A DNA stretch of 64,000 nucleotides, from the IMG/VR virus record IMGVR_UViG_3300012347_000377, positions 1-64,000 of that record; one strand, 5' to 3'. The translations under genes and the position numbers were made by a program. This document shows, one piece after another, positions 1 to 9,171 of the stretch (position 1 is its first letter; every line of letters starts with the position of its first letter). The stretch is from a virus. Taxonomy: Duplodnaviria > Heunggongvirae > Uroviricota > Caudoviricetes. The notes under the pieces are model-generated. The model did no database searches. It had not been told where the DNA came from and saw nothing but the letters and a program-made list of their open reading frames with translations.

Positions 1-66
1 AAAATAATTAGGATATATCAATTTTTTTTCGTATGTTTGTTATATGAAAGATTACTCACAATTTAA
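1..66 (+). repeat. 66-nt direct repeat, copy 1 (promoter-like -7 box TATGTTTG at 32-39 plus ATG and first 7 codons MKDYSQF)
   Basis: Exact match to 2716-2781; contains tttcgtatgtttg element and atgaaagattactcacaattt; copy may extend left of window. Confidence 0.8.
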
Positions 67-78
67 ACAATAAATGTT

Positions 79-273
79 ATGGAAAACTTAATTAAAATTA
101 AATCAGACATTGGAGCACAATTAACAGACAGTGAATTAGCAGTAAGATGGTGGGGTAGATTATCCGTTGAAGAAAAACGAGCAATCTTAAAAGAACATTT
201 ACCTTCATATGATATTGGTAATATGAATAATGAATACGTTTATTGGGTGTGGTTAAAACAACAAAAATTATAA
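79..273 (+). CDS. hypothetical protein (64 aa)
   Basis: ORF downstream of promoter-like repeat; no recognisable motif. Confidence 0.35.
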   Translation: MENLIKIKSDIGAQLTDSELAVRWWGRLSVEEKRAILKEHLPSYDIGNMNNEYVYWVWLKQQKL

Positions 274-277
274 AATA

Positions 278-721
278 TTGTCAAGAGGCGAGAGGAACAC
301 GTCCCGAAACATTGATACAAAACTTTCTGACAGAAGAGCAACGGAGTCTCTGCTTTATCAATGTGCTGATGGAGACTATCACTGGTTCGAATCCAGTATT
401 GACAACAATAACATAAAAACAAACAAAATGATACATTTTTTAAGGAATCAAAGAAATCAAACTATTGTAGAATGTGAAGTCTATGGTAACGATTTAAGTG
501 CAGGAACTGATATCGAAAATTATTCAGTGATGTTGATTGACTTACACAATAGGGATTTACATTATCCATTCATCAATGATATCTCACAATTAGACCAGAT
601 TAGAGGTTGGTGGTGGGAAATGGCCAAGGATAGTGGAAAATATAAATCAATAGACTACTTTGTTAAGGAGAAGTTTATAGAAGTTGCACAAAAACACAAT
701 TTGAATTACGTAACAGATTAA
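278..721 (+). CDS. hypothetical protein (147 aa)
   Basis: Long ORF in + orientation like all neighbours; no recognisable motif. Confidence 0.45.
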   Translation: MSRGERNTSRNIDTKLSDRRATESLLYQCADGDYHWFESSIDNNNIKTNKMIHFLRNQRNQTIVECEVYGNDLSAGTDIENYSVMLIDLHNRDLHYPFINDISQLDQIRGWWWEMAKDSGKYKSIDYFVKEKFIEVAQKHNLNYVTD

Positions 722-725
722 AAGA

Positions 726-838
726 TAGTCAGGTGGCGGAATTGGTTAGACGCTGCTCGTGGAGAGTTGATTGGTTCTGTTCGATTCAGACGTTGGAAAT
801 GGTGTTCCACAAATACAGGTTCGAATCCTGTCCTGACT
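726..838 (+). tRNA. tRNA-like gene with roughly 40-nt insertion between D- and T-arms (intron-containing or degenerate tRNA; paralogue of 25501-25627)
   Basis: Acceptor AGTCAGG/CCTGACT, D-arm GCGGAATTGGTTAGACGC, T-arm ACAGG-TTCGAAT-CCTGT; total 113 nt, too long for canonical tRNA. Confidence 0.4.
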
Positions 839-860
839 ACAAACTTTAAACAAAAAGAGA

Positions 861-1145
861 ATGAATAAACTAATAGTTAAACTAAACATACTATGGAAGA
901 TTATAACTAATCAGTATAAACACTTTGTTGTGCTTGATATTAGTCAAGAGCATATGATTAATTTATTTTCCGATGAAGATTTTGATGTTGAAGTAATGTA
1001 TTATGGACTTCAACCTTATGTTGTTCAGAGAATGATTAATCAATGTTCAACTGTCAAAGATGATGTTGATATGATATTAGATAAAGCACAATTTGAAGCA
1101 GAGGCCGAATTGCACTCACATAAACAACAAAACAATGGAAAATAA
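861..1145 (+). CDS. hypothetical protein (94 aa)
   Basis: ORF; 11-nt overlap with next gene. Confidence 0.35.
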   Translation: MNKLIVKLNILWKIITNQYKHFVVLDISQEHMINLFSDEDFDVEVMYYGLQPYVVQRMINQCSTVKDDVDMILDKAQFEAEAELHSHKQQNNGK

Positions 1146-1398
1146 ACAAATATGGAAATTTGAGATTAATGAAGGTCCTATCAGAATGCCCATTGGTGCA
1201 AAGATATTATCTGTGCAATCACAAAGAGAACGTGGAATGATCTGGGCATTGGTTGATCCTAATGCGGAAGATGAACCGAGACAATTTGTGGTAGTGGGAA
1301 CGGGAGAACCTTTTGATGAAACTAATATGACCTATATTGGCACATACCAAGAATCACCATTTGTTTGGCATTTATTTGAGTGGAAAGATAAACAATAA
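1135..1398 (+). CDS. hypothetical protein (87 aa; start chosen at MENKQIWKF)
   Basis: ORF 1093-1398 trimmed to internal ATG just after the upstream stop. Confidence 0.4.
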   Translation: MENKQIWKFEINEGPIRMPIGAKILSVQSQRERGMIWALVDPNAEDEPRQFVVVGTGEPFDETNMTYIGTYQESPFVWHLFEWKDKQ

Positions 1399-1402
1399 GA
1401 CA

Positions 1403-1807
1403 ATGAATAAGAATATCACATCATCACCAGAAGATGATATAGTATCTTTTGACCAAGCACTAGAACTATGTATCATAGGATACGATGAACCTACATTTTG
1501 TATGTATGAGATAGAGAACCGACAATTATGTTTATGTCATCTTGATGAAGATGGGTTGCATATACCTGATAAAGACTTACATGCTCCTACTAAGAGTCAA
1601 GTATTTAGATGGCTTAGAAATAACTATAATTTACATGCTGTAATTATACCAACAATAACAATGTATTGGACATTCAAAACAATGACAGTTGTAGAAGGTA
1701 TGGTTGAAGTTCCGCCATATAATCATGTTGATGCGATTGATTATCCTACCTACGAAGAAGCAGAGAATGCAGCAATAAATAAACTTATAGAGATAGTTAA
1801 CCAATAA
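1403..1807 (+). CDS. hypothetical protein, paralogue of 1812-2195
   Basis: Shares QVFRWLRNNYN... and C-terminal ...TYEEAENAAINKLIEIV motif with the next ORF (...TYEEAENACIDKLIELA). Confidence 0.5.
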   Translation: MNKNITSSPEDDIVSFDQALELCIIGYDEPTFCMYEIENRQLCLCHLDEDGLHIPDKDLHAPTKSQVFRWLRNNYNLHAVIIPTITMYWTFKTMTVVEGMVEVPPYNHVDAIDYPTYEEAENAAINKLIEIVNQ

Positions 1808-1811
1808 TGAT

Positions 1812-2195
1812 ATGGAAAAAGACGAGTTCGTAACTAGAAAGCAAGCATTAGCCCTAAAGGAATTGGGGTTTGATGAACATTGTTTAGCAACTTGGGAGAA
1901 AGACATTAAATATCCTCAGCGATGGGATTGGGATTTTGAACTACGAAATTCTACTAATCAAGAGGACGAAGTTGAATGTACTGCACCACTTAAACAACAA
2001 GTATTTAGGTTTTTTCGGGAAAAGTACAACATAATCGGAATAATTGAAGTAGGATACACAGAAGGTAAGAATGTATTTAGCTATGTTATTTGGCGAGAGT
2101 CGGATGATGATTGGACTGATGATATTTATGACACCTACGAAGAAGCAGAGAATGCTTGTATTGATAAATTAATTGAATTAGCTAAACAACAATAA
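1812..2195 (+). CDS. hypothetical protein, paralogue of 1403-1807
   Basis: Tandem paralogue; conserved C-terminal motif. Confidence 0.5.
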   Translation: MEKDEFVTRKQALALKELGFDEHCLATWEKDIKYPQRWDWDFELRNSTNQEDEVECTAPLKQQVFRFFREKYNIIGIIEVGYTEGKNVFSYVIWRESDDDWTDDIYDTYEEAENACIDKLIELAKQQ

Positions 2196-2196
2196 A

Positions 2197-2553
2197 ATGC
2201 TACCAATCCTAAATAAAACATATTACTCTTTTGATGATGGTAAGATTAGACCTAGTCGAAGAAGTATGGTTGTAATAAAAGAAATCATTCCATTTAACGA
2301 AATTGACAAAGAAACTCTAACTAAATGGGAGGAGGAAGTAAATCAGTGCGATTGGCTATATAGAGAAACAACCGACTACTTTATTAAAGCCGAAACATAC
2401 TATGAAACAATAATCTTTGTTAGAAGTAAGAACGATGGTTGGTTCAGTCTACTTGATTCTAGTTTTGGTGCTGGAAGATTAGACATTGATGGTAGACTTA
2501 ATGATATATGTAAGGAAATAATTAAACAACAAGACAATGGAACTTCCGATTAA
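2197..2553 (+). CDS. hypothetical protein (118 aa)
   Basis: ORF, ATG 1 nt after preceding stop. Confidence 0.45.
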   Translation: MLPILNKTYYSFDDGKIRPSRRSMVVIKEIIPFNEIDKETLTKWEEEVNQCDWLYRETTDYFIKAETYYETIIFVRSKNDGWFSLLDSSFGAGRLDIDGRLNDICKEIIKQQDNGTSD

Positions 2554-2715
2554 AGGTAAGGATATTGAGGGAATAACTTCCAATGGTGATAAGGTATGGT
2601 GTTTTAGATGTAATTGTCATAATCAAAGTTGTATTGAATGGAGAGATTCAATCACTGGCTATCACTTAAATGTGGATATAGTTAAATGGGAATACTTTAA
2701 AGATGAAAAATAATT

Positions 2716-2781
2716 AAAATAATTAGGATATATCAATTTTTTTTCGTATGTTTGTTATATGAAAGATTACTCACAATTTAT
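2716..2781 (+). repeat. 66-nt direct repeat, copy 2 (promoter plus start of gene 2759-2953)
   Basis: Identical to 1-66. Confidence 0.8.
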
Positions 2782-2953
2782 TGGTAAAAGAATTTCGGTA
2801 GTATCACCTCGTTGGCCGAAAGAAAGATTAGTTGGTAAATGCACTTTTGCTGGCATTGGATTTAGTGGTGATTTCCAAGTTACAATTGATAGAATGCCTA
2901 TCTGGCCAGTAGACCCAAACGATATTAGAATAATTAACGATAAAACAAATTAA
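2759..2953 (+). CDS. hypothetical protein (64 aa)
   Basis: ORF starting inside repeat copy 2 (MKDYSQF...). Confidence 0.4.
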   Translation: MKDYSQFIGKRISVVSPRWPKERLVGKCTFAGIGFSGDFQVTIDRMPIWPVDPNDIRIINDKTN

Positions 2954-3607
2954 ATGAAAATTACATTAAACAAAGGACAAAAGTTATGGTTCACAAGTGA
3001 TACTCACTATAACCATGCAAACATTTGTTCCGCCACAACAAAGTGGACAGACCCCGTAACTTGTAGAGAGTTTACATCGTTAGCACAAATGAACTCACAT
3101 CTTATAGCTAACATCAATTCAGTTGTGGAACAAGATGACATTTTATTTCATTTGGGTGATTGGAGTTTCGGTGGGTTTGAACAAATACAAATATTCAGAG
3201 ATAGTATTTTTTGTAAAAACGTTCACATTATTACTGGTAATCACGACCATCACATTGAAAACAATAAGGAAGATTGTCAATCACTTTTCAGTTCGGTAAA
3301 CAAATACCTAAACTTAAATGTAAAATGGAATGTAGGAACTCATTTCGCAGGTGAACAACGATTTGCTCTAATGCACTTTCCAATTGCAAGTTGGGATAAT
3401 ATGGCTAAGGGTGCAATTCACTTACATGGTCACGTTCACTTTTCACCTAAATTAAGAATCGGTAAAGGTAAGATGATGGATGTGGGCGTAGATGGTAATC
3501 GTTTATTCCCAATTGAAATGAGCGAGGTATTAAAGTTAATGAAACCACAGCCAATCAAAAGTTTGTTTGAGTTTGATCATCACGAGATTGTTGAAAATTA
3601 TAGATAA
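2954..3607 (+). CDS. calcineurin-like metallophosphoesterase
   Basis: Motifs SDTHYNH, HLGDW, GNHDHH typical of the metallophosphoesterase fold. Confidence 0.65.
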   Translation: MKITLNKGQKLWFTSDTHYNHANICSATTKWTDPVTCREFTSLAQMNSHLIANINSVVEQDDILFHLGDWSFGGFEQIQIFRDSIFCKNVHIITGNHDHHIENNKEDCQSLFSSVNKYLNLNVKWNVGTHFAGEQRFALMHFPIASWDNMAKGAIHLHGHVHFSPKLRIGKGKMMDVGVDGNRLFPIEMSEVLKLMKPQPIKSLFEFDHHEIVENYR

Positions 3608-3820
3608 ATGAAAAAAATTAAATTAGTAAAATATGATTATGATTCATTTCCAATAGAATGGAAAACAAATAATCATAATCCATTTGAAGGACAGGTATTT
3701 GCTTTAATTGGTGAAGTAGATCAAATGCCAGGTCATTCTTATTTACAGAATATAGAAACTGGTTTACCAATTATATTGGACACCGATAATTTAATCGAAT
3801 TAAACGAAGACGAACTATGA
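3608..3820 (+). CDS. hypothetical protein (70 aa)
   Basis: ORF, TAAATG junction with upstream gene. Confidence 0.4.
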   Translation: MKKIKLVKYDYDSFPIEWKTNNHNPFEGQVFALIGEVDQMPGHSYLQNIETGLPIILDTDNLIELNEDEL

Positions 3821-3992
3821 TAAAAGTATTTACATCAAGTGTAAGTCCGGACAATAATGAGGCCGGTATTGATTTTACTAAAATGATTGAATTGTGGATA
3901 AGCGGATTAGCAACTAAAATACAAATTAAAAACATACATACCAATTCAAATGAATATGGTTGGATGGTTATTATTCACTACGAATTATGGTA
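3816..3992 (+). CDS. hypothetical small protein (58 aa)
   Basis: ATGA overlap with upstream stop; not in supplied track (<60 aa). Confidence 0.3.
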
Positions 3993-4181
3993 AGAACTAA
4001 AGAATGGATTTGTAAAGTTATCGGTCACAAGTATTCCTATAACTTTGGATGGATGCCTAATAAGTGTGAGTGTAAACGCTGTGGCATGAAATGGAAAACT
4101 ATTAAGAACCCAGAATATATTCCTGGTAAGTCTAATCCAATTGAAACTGATTTATATAGTTGGATTGAAGATAATTCCTAA
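3986..4181 (+). CDS. small Cys-containing protein (CxC...CxxC, zinc-ribbon-like)
   Basis: ORF 3960-4181 trimmed to ATG overlapping upstream stop; KCECKRCG motif. Confidence 0.35.
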
Positions 4182-4185
4182 AACA

Positions 4186-4219
4186 TTTGGAAATATCAAA
4201 AATTATTTGTATATTTACA
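4186..4219 (+). promoter_or_regulatory. phage promoter, Bacteroidota sigma-A type (-33 TTTG / -7 TAtaTTTA)
   Basis: atttggaaatatcaaaaattatttgtatatttacat; member of family recurring about 23 times. Confidence 0.55.
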
Positions 4220-4241
4220 TATCGAATTAAAAAAACAGATT

Positions 4242-4451
4242 ATGGCAAGAAAAGAAATTTCATTTAGAATACCGGGAATCAATTGGATAATCGGATTGGT
4301 GATAGCAATGATTGGATATACCATTCACAATAGTATATTTTGGGCAATTATGGATTATATCTTTTGGCCTTTTGCAGTAGTTAAATGGTTAATCTGTCAT
4401 GAAGTTAATTTAACAATTATAAAACAGACCTTTGATTGGTTCTTAAAATAA
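4242..4451 (+). CDS. small membrane protein
   Basis: Hydrophobic 69-aa ORF. Confidence 0.4.
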   Translation: MARKEISFRIPGINWIIGLVIAMIGYTIHNSIFWAIMDYIFWPFAVVKWLICHEVNLTIIKQTFDWFLK

Positions 4452-4464
4452 AAAAAAGAAAATT

Positions 4465-4722
4465 ATGAAAAAAGTATTATTAGGATTATTGGGAATTATG
4501 ATGTTAGTATCTTGTACTGAAAACACGCGTGCAAGAGTATGGGGTGGAACACAAACTCTTCAGTTAGAAGAAGGAGTTAGATTAGTAAATGTAACTTGGA
4601 AAGAAGGTTCAGATTTATGGATTCTTACAAAAAAGGATACTACTAAAGCATCAACATATTCATTTAGTGAAAAATCAAATTTGGGTGTGATGGAAGGACA
4701 AGTAATCATTATAGAAAAATAA
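4465..4722 (+). CDS. putative lipoprotein (85 aa)
   Basis: Signal peptide with lipobox-like LVSCTEN. Confidence 0.45.
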   Translation: MKKVLLGLLGIMMLVSCTENTRARVWGGTQTLQLEEGVRLVNVTWKEGSDLWILTKKDTTKASTYSFSEKSNLGVMEGQVIIIEK

Positions 4723-4732
4723 AATAAAAGTT

Positions 4733-5380
4733 ATGGCTATTAAATTAAACGCAGAAAGTTGGCATTATAAGTTATTCAAAAAAGAATTACCATACACCGA
4801 ACCACCACGAACACTTTGTCCATATTTTTGGATATTAGTTGGGTTGTGTATTGCTACTCCATTTTTAGCAATTGGTAGAGGAATTGATTCAATAACTACA
4901 AAAGCAACATCATTAATTCCGAAAAAACCAAAGGTTGAAAAATCAGCCGAAGAATGGTTAAAAGAATGGGATGAGAAGGACAGACGGAGAGAAATTAAAC
5001 TAATTAGAATGGAAAAGATTGGTAAGTTTTTTGGTAAAGTGTTTATGTATGGAATCGTGCCAATATGTTTAATTTTATTATTATATGGTATGTTTACCGA
5101 GTTTCAAAAAATTGGTTGGTATAATTCGTTAATCGGAGTAGGTGTATGTATCTTAATTGCACTATTCATAGTTGGATTTTTTCACTTAATTGGATTCCTT
5201 TTTGAACGATATTCAACTAAAGTAGGAAATGCTATTGTTAAATTTTCAATATTCATTTTTACACCGATAAAATGGATTGGGTGGATGATTAAAGCAGGAT
5301 ATGAAAAAGCATGTCCTTTAGTAGAATGGGAAGGTGATGTGTATAAAGAACGTAAGAGAGAATACAATCAGTTTGATTAG
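4733..5380 (+). CDS. integral membrane protein (215 aa)
   Basis: Several hydrophobic helices. Confidence 0.5.
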   Translation: MAIKLNAESWHYKLFKKELPYTEPPRTLCPYFWILVGLCIATPFLAIGRGIDSITTKATSLIPKKPKVEKSAEEWLKEWDEKDRRREIKLIRMEKIGKFFGKVFMYGIVPICLILLLYGMFTEFQKIGWYNSLIGVGVCILIALFIVGFFHLIGFLFERYSTKVGNAIVKFSIFIFTPIKWIGWMIKAGYEKACPLVEWEGDVYKERKREYNQFD

Positions 5381-5392
5381 ATAATCAATATT

Positions 5393-5686
5393 ATGAGTAT
5401 AACATTTGGAGGTGAGCATTTAACAATAAAAGGTAGCACGAAAGCTACAATCAAACGTTCGATTGAAATAGTTGGAACTAATTCAGTATTACCAATTGAA
5501 ATAATTGGTGATTTCAAAGATATTCCACCACATTTACATCAAATGTATATAGAATCAATGATAGCATCGTATGGTAGTGTGGATGTGTATGATAATACTG
5601 AACCAGAACCTAAAACAATTGAAGAGCAAAAGAGTGAGTGGAGATGGAATAGAATAGTTGATATAATTGGTAAAGCAATAAGATGA
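5393..5686 (+). CDS. hypothetical protein (97 aa)
   Basis: ORF; ATGA overlap with next gene. Confidence 0.45.
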   Translation: MSITFGGEHLTIKGSTKATIKRSIEIVGTNSVLPIEIIGDFKDIPPHLHQMYIESMIASYGSVDVYDNTEPEPKTIEEQKSEWRWNRIVDIIGKAIR

Positions 5687-6066
5687 AAGAATTAATATTA
5701 GTTAGAGGATTGCCGGGAAGTGGTAAATCAACATTTGCATCAATCCTAAGTGGGTGGGTGTTAGAAGCAGATATGTATTTTATACAAGATGGAAAATACA
5801 AATTTGATGCATCTAAATTATCAGAAGCACATAAGTGGTGTAGAAATGAATGTTTGAATTATATGAAATCTGAAAAACCTAAGATTATCGTTTCAAACAC
5901 ATTTACCCAACAATGGGAAATGGATGCGTATATGGGTATGGCTAAAGAATATGGTTATAGAGTTCATACTGTCATTGTAGAAAACAGACACGATGGTGTA
6001 AATATCCACAATGTACCAGAAGATAAGTTAGAACAAATGGCTAATCGTTTTGAAATTCAATTATAG
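5683..6066 (+). CDS. P-loop kinase, polynucleotide-kinase-like (kinase domain only)
   Basis: N-terminal Walker A LVRGLPGSGKSTFA resembling T4 Pnk kinase domain. Confidence 0.55.
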   Translation: MKELILVRGLPGSGKSTFASILSGWVLEADMYFIQDGKYKFDASKLSEAHKWCRNECLNYMKSEKPKIIVSNTFTQQWEMDAYMGMAKEYGYRVHTVIVENRHDGVNIHNVPEDKLEQMANRFEIQL

Positions 6067-6195
6067 GATATGAAAGTAAATGAAATATTGGATGTAGTAA
6101 TTCCTGGACTAATAATATTACCTATGATAATTATGATTTCTGTAATATTCGTGAAGGCGATGTGGGTAGTTTTTAAGAGTATTAAATAATAAATT

Positions 6196-6630
6196 ATGAC
6201 AAACCATATAGATGAATTTTTCAATGATGATTTTGTTCCAAATTTTCCACCAAATCAATCATTTGAATACACAATGATTCCAACACAAAAATTGGAAGCA
6301 TATAAACGATTGTTAGCTGATACATTTCAACTACAATTAAATGCAGGTGATTTCTTTTATTATGCTTGTGCTCAAATGTTGAATGTAGTTTCGGAAGATG
6401 TTGAGTGGGTGGTAGAGCATATTCAACAATTTGGTGATGAAGGATTGTATTCAGCAATGGCATATATCCAAAACCAAGAACCAATCAAACCACATCTAAC
6501 TGATAAGTTCAATGAAGCAATGAAAGTATTAGTAGATAGAAAGCAGGAGGTATTTGGTGATATTGATTGGGATTATCATGGATATCAAGAAGAAGGTCCT
6601 TATAGAACAATAAACGAAGAATGGTTATGA
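6196..6630 (+). CDS. hypothetical protein (144 aa)
   Basis: ORF. Confidence 0.45.
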   Translation: MTNHIDEFFNDDFVPNFPPNQSFEYTMIPTQKLEAYKRLLADTFQLQLNAGDFFYYACAQMLNVVSEDVEWVVEHIQQFGDEGLYSAMAYIQNQEPIKPHLTDKFNEAMKVLVDRKQEVFGDIDWDYHGYQEEGPYRTINEEWL

Positions 6631-7028
6631 ACCCACAATTAGAAGCATTAAAGAAACATTTGGAATCCGATGAGGGAAAAGCATCTATGAAACGATTCGT
6701 TGAAAAGATGGTTAGAGAAGCTGAGGTTAGACAACGATGGGTTGAAAAGATTCATACCTACTATGGAAATGATATTGATTCACTAACTGAAAAACTAATG
6801 GGTAAATATTATTCAGATGTTTATAGAGATAGAGAATACGATAAATGTCATTGTGAGCCAAGAGAACCCCTATTATGGCTATTGATGGAATACGCTGAAA
6901 CATATGGTGAGGAATGCAACGATGAAAACTACTTTAATGATTTCACCGGAGATGCATACTACTTAGGTTCATATGTAATTCAAACAATGCACGGACAGGG
7001 TTCGGTAATTAGAATAGATAAAAAATAA
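6621..7028 (+). CDS. hypothetical protein (135 aa)
   Basis: ORF overlapping upstream stop. Confidence 0.45.
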   Translation: MVMNPQLEALKKHLESDEGKASMKRFVEKMVREAEVRQRWVEKIHTYYGNDIDSLTEKLMGKYYSDVYRDREYDKCHCEPREPLLWLLMEYAETYGEECNDENYFNDFTGDAYYLGSYVIQTMHGQGSVIRIDKK

Positions 7029-7172
7029 ATTATGGAAAATAGTAAATTATCAATAATTACAAATACCATCTTTAATGTTGCATTAGTTGCAGGTATTGTA
7101 TATCTAGCATCTAATAATTCGGATGGCTGGGGATGGTTGATATTAATATTACTTTTAAAAGAATGTTAAAAT

Positions 7173-7736
7173 ATGGGATTCACAATACCAACTCCACCTA
7201 TTAGTTTCAAGTCAAATAACGATAATAAAATGGAACACATTGAACAACATCACTTTGTAAAGAAAAGTGAGAAACAAGCAGTAAATAAACATCAACCCAA
7301 AGAAGAGCCAAGTCAAGTTCAATCTCAAAGTTCTGATGTTGAAACAATAACTTTTCATAACACCCAACCAACCAGTAGTTATAATCCATATACATTTCAA
7401 ACGGAAACATCATATACTGGTTTAGGGGAAGCAATTGCAAATGGAAAGGATTCCGATTTAGTAGCAGTATCAGTTGGAGAAATTAGAAAACTACATGAAC
7501 GGATTAGGGTGTTGGAAGAAGAAGTTATGAAATCAACTAGAATCACATCTTCAAACACATCTCACAAACAAAAGGTATTAGATGCGGAGAGGGCTAGAAT
7601 CGAAATGAACTACGAAACACATAAGAAACTAACAGAATTAAAAAAGGCTGAAATTATTAAACAGACCGAATTAAAAAGGTCTGAAGCTTTACAACGTATG
7701 CAATCTTCAAAGTTCGATGGGATATTTAATCGATAA
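7173..7736 (+). CDS. hypothetical coiled-coil protein (187 aa)
   Basis: ORF, charged heptad-like C-terminus. Confidence 0.45.
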   Translation: MGFTIPTPPISFKSNNDNKMEHIEQHHFVKKSEKQAVNKHQPKEEPSQVQSQSSDVETITFHNTQPTSSYNPYTFQTETSYTGLGEAIANGKDSDLVAVSVGEIRKLHERIRVLEEEVMKSTRITSSNTSHKQKVLDAERARIEMNYETHKKLTELKKAEIIKQTELKRSEALQRMQSSKFDGIFNR

Positions 7737-7766
7737 AAACATTTTACCTTTAACTAAATGATAATT

Positions 7767-7797
7767 AATGAGTTATGAAAATAACTCATTTTTTATT
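7767..7797 (+). terminator. rho-independent terminator
   Basis: AATGAGTTAT-gaaa-ATAACTCATT followed by TTTTT. Confidence 0.6.
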
Positions 7798-7827
7798 TGG
7801 AAATATCAAAAATAAGTTGTATATTAG
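7796..7827 (+). promoter_or_regulatory. phage promoter (TTTG ... TAtaTTAG variant)
   Basis: atttggaaatatcaaaaataagttgtatattagc. Confidence 0.5.
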
Positions 7828-7842
7828 CTTTATAAAAACAAT

Positions 7843-8700
7843 ATGAATATGACACGTTTATTATTAAATCTTACTGATGTTGAAAAATCAGACATCGCAT
7901 TTAAAATTTCTTATTTTCCAGATGGCCAGCAATCCATCTCAATTGAACCAGTCGGTTCTACTCCTACAATTCGAATTCAATCACGATTAAATTCATTCAG
8001 AGATGTTGAATTAATTATTTGTGCTAACCAATCTCTTAAAGAAATGGGTGCTAAAGATATTGAATTATATGTTCCATATTTTTTAGGTTCTAGAAGTGAT
8101 AGAAAATTTGGTGAAGGTCAAACTAACTATCTTAAAAATGTTATTTCTCCAATTATTAATTCACAAGGATTTTCAAAAGTTATTACATTAGACCCACATA
8201 GTGATGTATTGGAGGCATGTTTAAACAACTACGAGAAAGAAGATAATTTCAAATTAGTAGAATATGCAATCGAACAATTGGGTAAGAAAGAAAACTTAGT
8301 TTTAGTATCACCCGATGCAGGAGCATTTAAGAAAATATTTGAAGTTGGTAAAGAATTCCAAATTGAGAACATTATTACTGCAAGTAAAGTTCGTGATATA
8401 AAAACAGGTGATATTGTGAGTACGAGTATTCCAATGTTAAGTAGAAACAATCGTTTTAAGTATGTAATCATCGATGATATTTGTGATGGTGGCAGAACGT
8501 TTATCGAACTTGCAAAGGCTATTAAAGAACAACGTGAAGGTGTTGAAATTTATTTGGTTGTAACTCATGGAATATTCTCAGCAGGATTTACTGAATTAAC
8601 TAAATACTTTAATGGTATTTTCTGCACTAATAGTTATAGAAATGTTTTAGATGATGAGTATGGAGTTAAAACCAAAACAAAACAAATAAATGTATATTAA
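7843..8700 (+). CDS. prs: ribose-phosphate pyrophosphokinase family protein (Prs-like; possibly ADP-ribose pyrophosphokinase of an NAD+ reconstitution pathway)
   Basis: VPYFLGSRSDRK, VSPDAGAF, IIDDICDGGRTF (PRPP-binding), VTHGIFS align to Prs motifs. Confidence 0.8.
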   Translation: MNMTRLLLNLTDVEKSDIAFKISYFPDGQQSISIEPVGSTPTIRIQSRLNSFRDVELIICANQSLKEMGAKDIELYVPYFLGSRSDRKFGEGQTNYLKNVISPIINSQGFSKVITLDPHSDVLEACLNNYEKEDNFKLVEYAIEQLGKKENLVLVSPDAGAFKKIFEVGKEFQIENIITASKVRDIKTGDIVSTSIPMLSRNNRFKYVIIDDICDGGRTFIELAKAIKEQREGVEIYLVVTHGIFSAGFTELTKYFNGIFCTNSYRNVLDDEYGVKTKTKQINVY

Positions 8701-8701
8701 T

Positions 8702-9127
8702 ATGGAAAACGTAGATGAATATTTAGAAACTGGTAAATCATTACGAAGATTAATCGATGAATATACCAAGTATGGTTCATTATGTATTGGATATGATTTT
8801 GATGGAACGGTCTATGATTATCACCAAACCGGTGCAAAGTATGATCAAGTAATTGATTTACTACAAGACCTTAAGGTAATGAATTGTAAATTGATTTGTT
8901 GGACAGCACAAAATGATTTAGAATTTGTTGAGAAATTTTTAACGGAAAATAGCATACCATTTGATGGGATAAATACCGATGGTATTAACTTAGGTTGGGA
9001 AAGTAGAAAACCATTCTTCTCAGCACTTTTAGATGATAGAGCTGGATTGAAACAAGTCTATGAAGACCTTCGTATGTTAGTGACTTTATTTAAAATACCT
9101 ACCGATAAATTTGGAAATCCAAAATAA
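8702..9127 (+). CDS. small HAD-like protein (DFDGT motif)
   Basis: ORF 8690-9127 trimmed to ATG after Prs stop; YDFDGTVYDYH. Confidence 0.35.
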   Translation: MENVDEYLETGKSLRRLIDEYTKYGSLCIGYDFDGTVYDYHQTGAKYDQVIDLLQDLKVMNCKLICWTAQNDLEFVEKFLTENSIPFDGINTDGINLGWESRKPFFSALLDDRAGLKQVYEDLRMLVTLFKIPTDKFGNPK

Positions 9128-9141
9128 AAGTTGTATATTAG
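9110..9141 (+). promoter_or_regulatory. phage promoter overlapping end of upstream gene
   Basis: atttggaaatccaaaataaaagttgtatattagc. Confidence 0.45.
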
Positions 9142-9171
9142 CTTTATAATTAACAGATAAACAATAAAACT

